33,961 bases of DNA from Fonticula-like sp. SCN 57-25 (taxonomy: Eukaryota), in assembly GCA_001724245.1 (NCBI GenBank), contig MEDX01000001.1:62001-95961 (forward strand), in the 5' to 3' direction. This document shows positions 11,940-22,202 of the stretch, in pieces. The translations under genes were made by a program, and so were the position numbers. The notes under the pieces were generated by a model that saw nothing but the letters and a program-made list of their open reading frames with translations, did not search any database and had not been told where the DNA came from. The number at the start of each line of letters is the position of its first letter. Positions within the stretch are counted from its first letter, which is position 1.

Positions 11940-12043
11940 CCTCACTTATGATTGGTTGTTTTGGCAAATTTGCAAATTTACATATTTTGATGCGTGTTGT
12001 TTTTGCGCTGCTTTGCTTTCCCTCGACCGACGGCTGCATCACA

Positions 12044-13127
12044 ATGTCGCACCAGAGTGGCATCACCGCTTCGCAGCAGCTCCTGGACACCTTCTCCGGC
12101 GCTGTCCAGAACAACGACGTGCGCATCATCAAGCTGTCGATCAAGGATGACTCGGTCGTAGTCGACGCTACCGCGCCCGTCAAGGGCGACTGGCAGCAGG
12201 GTGCGTTTCGCCCTTGGCCCTGGCCCGCTCGTGCTTACCGTGGCGTTTTGCTCGCTAGACATTGAGACCGTTGGCCAGTACCTTGAGGACAAGGCTCCCG
12301 CGTACATTCTCTTCCGCCTCGACGAGAAGACGACGCAGGGCTTCAACTGGGTGTTCATGTGCTACGTGCCTGACTATGCCAAGGTGCGCGACAAGATGCT
12401 CTACGCGTCCTCGCGCGCGACGCTCCGCAAGGCGCTCGGCGACTACCGCTTCGTTGACGAGATCTTTGGCACTGAGCGCAAGGAGTTTGGCCTTGAGGGC
12501 TTTTCCAAGTTCCGCGTTGCCAAGAACGCCGCCGCGCCTCTCACCGAGCGCGAGGAGGAGATCGCCCGCATGCGCAAGGAGGAGTCTGGCAGCGATGTCG
12601 GCATCACCACCAAGAAGTCGCACGTCCACGGCGTGTCGCTCCCGGTGTCGGACAAGGCGCAGCAGGCCCTCGAGTCGCTCCGCGATGGCAGCGTCAACTA
12701 TGTCCAGCTTTCTGTCAACGTCGCCAACGAGGACATTGACCTCGAGATCTCCAAGGACGTCGACGTGAACGACATTGCTGGCCTCACCCCCGCGGACCAC
12801 CCTCGCTACCACTTTTTCCGCTACCGCCACGCGTTCGAGGACAACACGCTTGAGCAGATCATCTTCCTGTACAGCTGCCCGATGTCGTCCAAGGTCAAGG
12901 AGCGCATGCTCTACTCGTCGTGCAAGTCGGCCATCTCCGCCCTCGGCGTCAACATTGGCCTCACAATTGACAAGAACGCCGAGGTCAGCGAGACCTCGGA
13001 GATCACCGAGGCGTACATCTTTGAGGAGCTCCACCCCAAGAAGCCCGAGGAGAAGAAGGCCTTCAAGAAGCCCGCCAGGCCGACCTCCCGCCCACCGTCC
13101 CGCACCCCCACCCCCGCTGCCCAATAG
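12044..13127 (+). CDS. TWF1: Twinfilin (two ADF-H domains), 1 intron 12201-12258
   Basis: MSHQSGI start, YVPDYAKVRDKMLYASSRATL, KVKERMLYSSCK, tail KKAFKKPARP. Confidence 0.95.
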
Positions 13128-13276
13128 ACGGGTCTGATCGTATACATAGGCTGCTTTTCGTTTGGAGCGAGCGGCGGCGGTTGTCTCGCCCATCGCTCCT
13201 CGCTTTCCGCTCTTCTTAAATAATAATGACAATCATCGTATTATATCACAGTATACAATTGCGCAGAGCAGCACAC

Positions 13277-14224
13277 TTACAGATTACTCTTCCACTGAGG
13301 CTTGCGCTTCTGCGAAAAGGCGGTGAGGCCCTCTACGCGATTCTCGCCCATGAGCATCGCCTGGACCTGCTCCATCTTGATCTGGCCCTTCATCGCCTTG
13401 AAGATGTCCGCCTCCTTGAGCGTCTCCAGCACGACTTGCTGGTACCAGCTCACTGTTAGCCACAAAAAAGCAGCGTTATTGGCGCACCTTTGACGCGCGA
13501 ATAGAGTCTGGCGAGCACGCCGTGATTTGGGCGGCGACCTCGAGGGCGCGCGCGAGGAGCTGATCGTGCGGGACGACCTCGGAAACAAAGCCAAGGCGGC
13601 ATCCCTCTTGCGCGCTTACCCGCTGGCCCGTGAGGATCATGCGCATTGCGCTGTGGTAGCCGATCATGCGCGGGAGGCGGACGAGGCCGCCGGCGAGTGC
13701 CGCCAGTCCCACCTTGGGCTCGGGCAGGGCAAACTCGGCCTTTTCCGAGGCGATGACAATATCGCAGGAAAGCGCGAGCTCCATGCCACCGCCAAACGCA
13801 ATGCCGTTCACCGCCGCGATGATGGGCTTGAGACACGTGCTGCGCAGCGTCAGGCCGCCAAAGCCCGTCTTGGCAGGCCGCAAGGGGCTCCCGTCCGCAT
13901 TCTTGAGGCCAAACTTGAGATCTGCCACCGGCCAAGTTAGCGGCAACGACAAGCGGAGGTAATGCAGTACCAAAACCGGCGCAAAAGGCCTGGCCGGTGC
14001 CGCAGAGGACAGCGACCCACAGCGTTGGCGTTGCCTCAAAGTAGTCCCAAATGCGCGACAGTTCACCATCAGCCTGTAATATAACATGAGCGCGGCGCGC
14101 GACCCCAAAAGGTACATACCTCCCAATTGAGCGAGTTCATTGCCTGCGGGCGGTTCAGCGTAACCACCAGGACATGGTCCTGGACCACCTCGATCTTTGC
14201 ATACTTGAGTGAGGCGGTGTCCAT
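13277..14224 (-). CDS. Enoyl-CoA hydratase/carnitinyl-CoA dehydratase-like crotonase, 3 introns
   Basis: VTLNRPQAMN, AFCAGF|DLK, KPIIAAVNGIAFGGGMELALSCD, FALPEPKVGL; ends KSNL. Confidence 0.9.
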
Positions 14225-14499
14225 GCTTGCCTCGGCGCTGCTGCGTGCTTTGGTTTGTTGATGTACGGCCCCAGTGATCACGTACAAAGTGTGACATTTA
14301 CCTTTAATACCTGTGATTGGCCAGAAATTGAAATACCAAGCAATGATTGGTCGATTGCGGTGGGCCCAACTTTCGGCCGAGTTGGATGCGACTTTCGCCA
14401 CGCTTTCACCGCCACACTTCCCTTTCACCGAGCAGTGACAAAGAAAAGCGGCCAATCCCAAAAAGAAAAGGCTGCCTTTTTTTTGGAATCGCAAGGAAG

Positions 14500-16382
14500 A
14501 TGGCTCTCAAGATTCCCCGCACGGGCTTGACCGAGCTTCTTAAGGACGGCTACAAGGTACGGCCTCTGCTTTCTTTGCTGCGTTTTTTTCTTTTCTTTTC
14601 CTCTGACGCGCGTCAAATTCTTTCTTTGTCCATGTAGCACTACTCGGGCCTCGAGGAAGCCGTGTACCGCAACATCAATGCGTGCAAGGAGCTCTCGCAG
14701 GTGACGCGCACGTCGCTTGGCCCGAACGGCAAGAACAAGATGATTGTGAACAATCTTGAGAAGCTGTTTGTGACCAACGATGCCGCCACCATCATGAAGG
14801 AGATGGAGGTGATCCACCCCGCCGCTCGCCTGCTTGTCATGGCCTCTGAGCAGCAGCAGAAGGAGGTCGGTGACGCGTCCAACTTTGTTATTGTCTTTGC
14901 CGGCGAGCTCCTGCAGCTTGCCGAGGGCCTCCTCAAGCTTGGCCTGCACCCGAATGACGTGGTGGAGGGCTACAAGAAGGCCTCGAAGAAGGCGCTCGAG
15001 CTCCTCGACTGTGCGCCTTATTTTTTATTTTCGCTCTTTTTTACTCATTTCCCACTCTTTTGCTCGTTTGCAGCCATGGTCGTCAAGACGATTGGTGATT
15101 TGCGCGATCGCGACACCGTGATTGCTGCTCTTCGTAGCTCGATTGCCAGCAAGCAGTTTGGCTATGAGGATTTTCTGTCTGCCCTCGTCACCGACGCGTG
15201 CCTGTCGATCCTCCCGGCTTCTGCCAAGCAGTTCAATTTGGATAACATTCGCGTGATCAAGGTGATGGGCGCCGGCTTGACGGACTCTACGTGGATCCGC
15301 GGCATGGTTTTCGAGCGCGAGCCCGATTCCACCATCCAGCGCGCCGAGAATGCCAAGGTTGCCATCTTCACGTGCAGCCTGGACATTATGCGCACAGAGA
15401 CCAAGGGCACTGTCCTCCTGCACAACAGCGAGGAGCTCATGTCGTTCTCGAAGGGCGAGGAGGTTGGCCTCGAGACGGCCATCAAGGAGATCGCCGACGC
15501 TGGCGTCAAGGTCGTCGTGACCGGCTCGGGCATCGGCGAGCTCGCGCTCCACTTTATCAACCGCTACAACCTCATGGCGCTCAAGGTGCACTCCAAGTTT
15601 GACCTGCGCCGCCTCTGCAAGGCCACCGGCGCCACGGCGCTCGCCCGCCTCGGCGGCCCGACGCCCGAGGAGATCGGCCACTGCGACCTCGTCGAGACGA
15701 CCGAGATTGGCGGCGACCGCGTCACCGTCTTCCGCCAGAAGCCCGAGGACGAGTCGGCCGTCGCCACCATCGTCATCCGCGGTGCCACCAAGAATATGAT
15801 GGACGATGTTGAGCGCGCCGTCGACGACGCCGTCAACTCGTTCCGCGTGCTCACGCGCGACCCCCGCGTGCTCGCCGGCGCCGCCGCCGTCGAGATTGAG
15901 CTCGCCAACCAGCTCGCCTCGCTCGGCGAGAAGACGCCCGGCCTCGAGCAGTACTCGATCAAGAAGTTTGCCGAGGCGTTCGAGGTCATCCCCCGCACGC
16001 TCGCCGAGAACGCCGGTCTGGACGTACGTTTTTATTTGGTTTGTCACTTTGTGCTAACGGCCCGAGCAGAGCACCGAGGTCATTGCCAAGCTCTACGCTG
16101 CGCACATGGCCGGCAAGACCACCGCCGGTGTCGACGTCGAGAGCGAGGACAACGGTGTCCTCGATGCCGCCGAGCACAACATTTTCGACGCCCACACAAC
16201 AAAGTACTGGGGCATCAAGTTTGCCACCGAGGCCGCCGTCACCGTCCTCCAGGTCGACCAGGTACGATTTTTTTTTTCATATTAATGGTGTGCTGAATGT
16301 GGCCCGTTTGCTATAGATCATTATGAGCAAGCCGTCTGGTGGCCCCAAGCCTCGCGACAACCCGAACTGGGACGAGGACTAA
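14500..16382 (+). CDS. CCT8: T-complex protein 1 subunit theta, 4 introns
   Basis: YSGLEEAVYRNI, TSLGPNGKNKMIVN, VTNDAATI, ETKGTVL, SKFDLRRLCK, VDQ|IIMSKPSGGPKP...WDED. Confidence 0.97.
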
Positions 16383-16649
16383 TTGTGGTCGCAGGCCGAT
16401 GCGGCGCTGCCCCAAAAAAAGAAAAACGAAAAAGGATTTTTTTCAAGGGCAAGAGGGATTGCAAAGGTAGATATTTGTGCAGTAGTGCATGCGTGCGTTT
16501 GACATACTTTTTTGGAATAATAATAAACGCGTAAAAAACGATTGTGCTATAATTTCATTCACATTCAGAAAGGCGACCGTAGGAGGATGGCCGAAAGGTA
16601 AAATATGCTCTACAGATGTACAAGGAACAGAAAGGCGCCCATGACAGGC

Positions 16650-16976
16650 CTACCAGGAGGAATACTCCATCGGGTTGCGCGGCTGAGGAATAACCCCTTG
16701 CTTCAATTGCTCGAGAACGTGCTCCCCGATAGCCATCAGCCGCCGCTGATCTGCGCGGCTCTTGTCATTGCGGAGCTCGCGAAAGTTTAGCCTCACTTCC
16801 TACAGCATGGGGTTGGCAAAACCGAAATGCAAGCGATTTCAATAACAAGGTACCTCTTTTAATGTAAAGGCAACGAGCTCGCGCGGCTCTGCGCGGCCGA
16901 CCTCCCGCAGCAGCTGCCGGTACAGCGACCGCACGACGGCCGGCTGCACCGCATCGCCAAAGATCCGTGCTGACAT
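16650..16976 (-). CDS. LYR-motif (Complex1_LYR) small protein, about 90 aa, probably mitochondrial
   Basis: Exons 16976-16854 and 16799-16650: MSARIFGDAVQPAVVRSLYRQLLREVG...TLKE|EVRLNFR...GVIPQPRNPMEYSSW; LYR motif plus downstream Phe. Confidence 0.75.
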
Positions 16977-16982
16977 GCTCGT

Positions 16983-16992
16983 GTGACGTCAC
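16983..16992. promoter_or_regulatory. CRE/ATF-like palindrome GTGACGTCAC
   Basis: Perfect palindrome 6 nt upstream of the LYR gene ATG, with an adjacent TGACGT half site. Confidence 0.4.
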
Positions 16993-17163
16993 TGATGACG
17001 TAGGTGGCTGAACTTTTGAGCATCTTTGATTTGAGGGCAATATTGTGTGCAGCAATATAACTGTAAAGGATACCAGGTACGTTGTATTTACTAATGGCAG
17101 TGCCGCGCACATGCGTCGAAGGACAACGTGCCGCGACAACTAATAAAAGATCACACTCGCCAT

Positions 17164-20100
17164 TTACTCAAACGTGAAGCGGAAGGTACGAATGTCCATG
17201 GGGCGGAGCGTCGTGACCTTGTCGACAGTGGTGAGCGGGCCCCACGCCTCGGTGGTCCTGGCTGTATTCGCAAGCACACATTCGTCAGTCAACATTATCT
17301 CATATTCCCTTAAGCACGTACGCGTAAAGTCGAGCCTGTCGACGTTGTCGAGCGGCTGGGTGGCGGTGAGCTCGAGCTCGTTCGACACCGAGTAGTTTGC
17401 CTGGAGCAGCTCGAGGAGGTCGACCGACACGGTGGCGCCGCTGCGCGCGCTCTCGTAAATGTTCTGGACGCGGACGACGGCGGACGACCAGTCCTCGCTG
17501 GCGTCGGTCTTGATGCTCATGAGGTGCGCGCCGCGCGGGAGGTCGCCCTTGAGGAACGAGTACTCGGCGCGGACGGCGGCCCACTCGGACGGCGCGACGG
17601 CGGCGGTGCCGTAGATGTTGCGCGGGCGGTACTGGAGGCGCATGTTGACGAGCGGGGCGAGGTCGTGGTTGGACGCGACCGTGTCGGCGAGCAGCCAGAA
17701 GCGCGGGTACACAATGGTGGTGTCGTCGAGCGGCTCGTTCATGCCGCGGCCGTCGTCGTACTGGCAGCGGCGGTGAAGCATCATCTCAATCTCGCCGTCC
17801 ACCTGCGAGCCAACGCCGACAGTGCGGTCGCTGAAGAAGGACAGCGCGCGGCTGTCGCCCTCGAGGTGCGACTGCATCACCATCGGGTAGTAGTTGGCGG
17901 CGAACTTGGTCGAGCGCTCGTGGACGCGCGCGCGGACCTCAATGCCGTTGTTGTCCGAGTAGAAGACGGGCGCGTCAAGGTCAGAGCGGTAGCGCACAAT
18001 AACCTCGCGGTTCTGCTCGAGCACGCCGACGCGGAAGCGGACCTGGAGAGCGCCCTGCTCCTCAATCGAGCCGCCGCGAGCAACGCGGAGGAACATCTCG
18101 TGAGTCGGGCCGTACGTCAGGCGGATCTCCTGGACAAGCGGGCCGTCAACAAAGCTCGAGTCGGTCAGCGTCAGCGGGGCGGCCTCGTTGGAAGTGCGGA
18201 AAATGTACGCGCCCTGAACGAAAAAGACGTGAGTCACACTTTGATGCCAATGCAATGCTTTAACACGTACCGACTTTTGGCCAGAGCCAGTGTAGCTGGT
18301 GTACTCGTACATCTGCGCCTCAAAGGTCGAGACGGCACCGGTGGCGTTCTGCGAAATGGTGATGCGCAGGGCGTCGCCGACAACCTCGGCGGTGACATCG
18401 GCGGCGTCGTTGTACATCTGGTACGCGACATTGCGCTTGGCCTTCTGGAGCTTGGTCGTGGCGCGGCTACACACGTCAACACATTAGAAAAAAAAAAAGC
18501 ATGGCGAGAGAGCGCGTACACGGCGGCCTGGAGGTAAAAGACCTTGTAGCCGGCGGCGGGGATGGACACCTCAAAGACGTACTCGAACATGGCGGGGTCG
18601 TGGGTGGGGATGACCTGCGACGCGACCATGCCGCCGTCCTTGTTGAGGACGACGAGGTCATCGCGCGGGACAAAGATCGAGTGAACCGTGTCGACGCTCC
18701 AGCCGAGCGTGTTGGACACGACAAAGGGGAGCACGTTGTCGCCCGAGAGCTCGGTCGCGGCCTTCATGTCAAAGCTGAGGCCCGACGCGTCGACGCCGCC
18801 GCCGAGGAGCGCGGCAAAGGCGGCCGCCTGGACCTCCTCAGACTCGTCCGTGCCGTCGAGCAGGTGGTCATAGTACATGTTGATGACGGCAATCTTGGAG
18901 GTGCCCGTCACGCCGTCGTGGTGCTGAGCCTCGGCCTGCGCGTAGCGGAGCGGCAGGAGCTGCGAGGTCGGAACGGAAAAGTCGCCCTCGGTGGCGGCGG
19001 CCTGCGCAAAGAGCTCGGTGGTGCGGCCGAGCGACTGCGTCTCGCGGATGAGGCTGTGGCACAGTAAGTAAAACAAAAAACCTTTGGGGCAGAGAGCGCC
19101 GTACCCCTTGAGCTGGCTGTGGGTGGTAAAGTAGCCGGTCCAGTACGAGTCGGCGTTGTCGGCGTACGGGAAAAAGTCCTCGGTGTAGACCGGGAAGTCG
19201 ACGTCCGGGACCGAGGCGACGGCCGAAAAGTACTCGCTGAGGGTGGCGTACTTGATCGTGACGCCAAACTCGTCGCTGCGGTCGTTGATGTAGTCGATGA
19301 GCTTGTCCCAGTTGACAAACTGGACGGTCGCGTTCTGCCAGCGGAAGTCGTCGCCGCCGGGGATCAGCAGGTGCTCCGTCAGGTAGTAGGCGGCGCGCTT
19401 GCGGATGTCGGTGACAAGGGTCCTAAAAGGTACGGATTAATGAGCACACGTGCATCGCCACGTGGGGCAGGCGTACTGGGCCTTGGAGGCAATGTTCGCG
19501 TCCGTGATCGGCGTGTCCTTTTCAAAGTTGAAGCCGTTCGGGAACGAGTAGTGGTTATCGAGGATGTGAGTGAACATCTCGACCTCCTCGCCGAGCGAGT
19601 TGGAACCGCTAAGGGCGGGGTGAGCAACAAGAGGGTGATATCTAAGAGCCGTACCGCCAGATGAACTCCATGTGCTTGCTAGCCTTCCACTCGTCCTTGA
19701 GCGAGTAGTGGATGCGGTTGATGACGTGCGCGTTAAAGCCCATCATCGCGTTCATCGTCGGGTAGTAGCTCGAGAGGCCAAAAGGATCTGCGCGCGAGAC
19801 GTTAGTCTCGTGTCAGCTAAGAAATTAGGGGCGCACCGATCTGCCAGCCGATGCGGGGCGTGACATTAAAGTTCTCGCGCAGCCACGCGTGTCCCTCGGT
19901 CATCTGGTTGGTGGACGCAGAATACGTCGGGTCAGCGTCGTCGTTCATGGCCCAGCCGCCGACAACAAACTCAATCTGCCCGTTTGCGAGCATCTGGTGG
20001 GCGACCGCCTTCTGCGAAGGGGAAGCCTCGTTCCACCACATGGAGAAAAAGGCCATCTCAACAATGATGAAGCGGCGGCGAGGGTCCTTGGGGAGCTCCT

Positions 20101-20318
20101 CAAACACCGTGTTGTAAATGTAGCGCACTTGCTGTTGAGGGGCATGTGTAAGCGCCAGGAGTTCGCAAAGGCAGCGATCGTACCTGGTCATAGTACTCGT
20201 CAATGGTCTTGAGCCATCCGACGTCGCAGTGCGAGTGGGGAATGAGCCACACGGTCGTGGACTGCGCCACTGCCGCGAGCAGCAGCGTGCCGACAACCGA
20301 CCACGCAGACCACCGCAT
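17164..20318 (-). CDS. GH38 lysosomal-type alpha-mannosidase (MAN2B-like) with signal peptide, 8 introns
   Basis: Signal peptide MRWSAWSVVGTLLLAAVAQS, HSHCDVGW, GWQI|DPFG, QHHDGVTGT, GAYIFR, FYSDNNG, NYYP, EMMLHRR, LRPMDIRTF. Confidence 0.93.
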
Positions 20319-20449
20319 GTTTCGGGATGGTGCAGTCGTGGCAAACACGTCTCAATCTGGTCTCAAAGAAGCTCTCGTGATCACCTTTGACTACCGACGC
20401 ACATTGCTGTGGCAATGTTGCGGATCACGTGGCCATTTGAAAGGGTGAC

Positions 20450-22045
20450 ATGTTGCGTGGCGGGGCGGCGGCTTGGCGGAGGCCGCTGTCGGTGGCGGCA
20501 CCAGAGCTTAAGGCTGGCGCCGGGCGCATCTCGTTCGGCCAGCTTGGTCTTCCGCTTCATGTTTACGACAAGCTTTCTTCTAATGTAAAGTTTCCCTCGA
20601 TGGTCCAGATCGCCGCGACGCCCGTGATCCTGCGCGGTGCCGATGCCGTGATCCAGACGTCGCCGGGATCGGGAAAGACGCTGGCTTACCTTCTTCCTCT
20701 GATCGCGGGCCTCGATCGCCGCATTGCTCTCCCGCAGGCCGTTGTCATTGCGCCCAGCCGCGAGCTTGTGTATCAGCTTCGCGGCGTTGCTGTTGGCCTG
20801 CTGTCGGGCGGCTCCAAGCAGGCGCGCGCGCATCCTCTGCGCGTCGAGGTCGCCGTCGGCAACATCAGCGACGAACGTATCGAGTCGCTGATTGAGCAGC
20901 CGCCGCAGCTCATCTTTGGAACGCCTCTCGCTGCGACGCGCCTTCTTGGTCGCCTTAACCGCGGCCGCGTCCGGTCGGTGGTTCTGGACGAAGCGGACGC
21001 GCTGCTCTCCAACGCGTCCCTGCGCTCCATCATCAGTGGCGGGCTGCTTGACCGCGACGGCCCCGTGGGCGTCCCGCGCGATGCGCAGATCGTCACGGCG
21101 TCGGCCATCATGTCTGACCACGTCATCGCGATGATCAAGCAGCACATGAAGCGCGATATTGCCGGCCACGTCGGCGCCGCCGTCGTCACCAACGGCGTCC
21201 TCGACCGCCTCGAGCGGGCGCTCGCCGACGCCGAAAAGACACAGGATCTTACCGTTCTGCCGCCCGCCGAAATCCGGCGGCTCGCAGAGGCGCACGTCAT
21301 CACTGTGGGCGATCTCGAGGCCGAGCACCGCATGCGCGCAAACATTCCCTCTTCGCTCGCGCCCTCTATCGAGCACCTGATCCTGCTCGTGGAAGGAAAG
21401 TCGCCGCGGCCGCCGGCAAAGACGACAACGACCGACGCCGATGCTGAATCACCGTCCGAGCCCGCCGCTGACGGCACCGACGCCGCGCCTGCGCCCACCG
21501 AGATTGTTCTTTCCACCCCTGCCAAAGAGCACGCCAAGGCGCCGTCGCCGGTGGCCATGGCGGCCGCCTTTTCGCGCTGGTTCGCGGTGGCGCGCCCGCA
21601 GTGCGTCCTGGTATTCTGTCGCGACCGGCTGTCGGCCGCCCACGCGTCGCAGCTGCTACAAGACAAGGGTTTTGACGCGCCCGTGATCCACAACGCCGTG
21701 TCGGCCGAGACGCGCGTGCGCATTCTCCGCAACATTGCCTGCCGCCGCCTGCGCGTCGTCATCACGACCGACCTGCTGGGGCTTGGCATTGACCTGCCGG
21801 CGCTGTCGCACATCTTCAACTGGGATGCGCCCGCCGAGTGGGAGCAGTACGTTCACCGCGCGGGTCGCGTGGGGAGGCTCGACACGCTCGCCAGGCGGCA
21901 TGGCGTTGTTGTGACGCCAGTCGCGAGGGGGTCAAGGGAGCTCGAGACAATGGAGCGCGTGATTGGGCGCCTGGGCGTCAAGGCAAAGACCGTGTCGGTG
22001 AAGAGCGGCGCCATGACCGAGCAGCCGCCGTTTGGACGCGCATAA
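20450..22045 (+). CDS. DEAD-box RNA helicase, intronless, possible mitochondrial presequence
   Basis: Q motif, GSGKT, PSREL, DEAD, HRAGRVGR; Arg/Ala-rich N-terminus. Confidence 0.9.
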   Translation: MLRGGAAAWRRPLSVAAPELKAGAGRISFGQLGLPLHVYDKLSSNVKFPSMVQIAATPVILRGADAVIQTSPGSGKTLAYLLPLIAGLDRRIALPQAVVIAPSRELVYQLRGVAVGLLSGGSKQARAHPLRVEVAVGNISDERIESLIEQPPQLIFGTPLAATRLLGRLNRGRVRSVVLDEADALLSNASLRSIISGGLLDRDGPVGVPRDAQIVTASAIMSDHVIAMIKQHMKRDIAGHVGAAVVTNGVLDRLERALADAEKTQDLTVLPPAEIRRLAEAHVITVGDLEAEHRMRANIPSSLAPSIEHLILLVEGKSPRPPAKTTTTDADAESPSEPAADGTDAAPAPTEIVLSTPAKEHAKAPSPVAMAAAFSRWFAVARPQCVLVFCRDRLSAAHASQLLQDKGFDAPVIHNAVSAETRVRILRNIACRRLRVVITTDLLGLGIDLPALSHIFNWDAPAEWEQYVHRAGRVGRLDTLARRHGVVVTPVARGSRELETMERVIGRLGVKAKTVSVKSGAMTEQPPFGRA

Positions 22046-22202
22046 ATGATGTACACTTTTGATTATTGATGTATTACAGAATTGATTGATGTGGACGTGC
22101 ACACTTGGAAAGCAATGTATATTGATGAATGATTTGGCGTGCACACATTGGTCAGAAATAGAGACCGAGCTAGCTACCCATGCGCCTAACTAGTCTGAGG
22201 GA

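Noticed and set aside
12255-13232. Long antisense ORFs (also 15025-16047, 17524-18537, 20381-21376, 20773-21819)
   Set aside because: Shadow ORFs opposite GC-rich, codon-biased genes; no recognisable motifs.
16800-16853. U12-type intron (donor GTACCTT)
   Set aside because: Does not match GTATCCTT and lacks a TCCTTAAC branch site.
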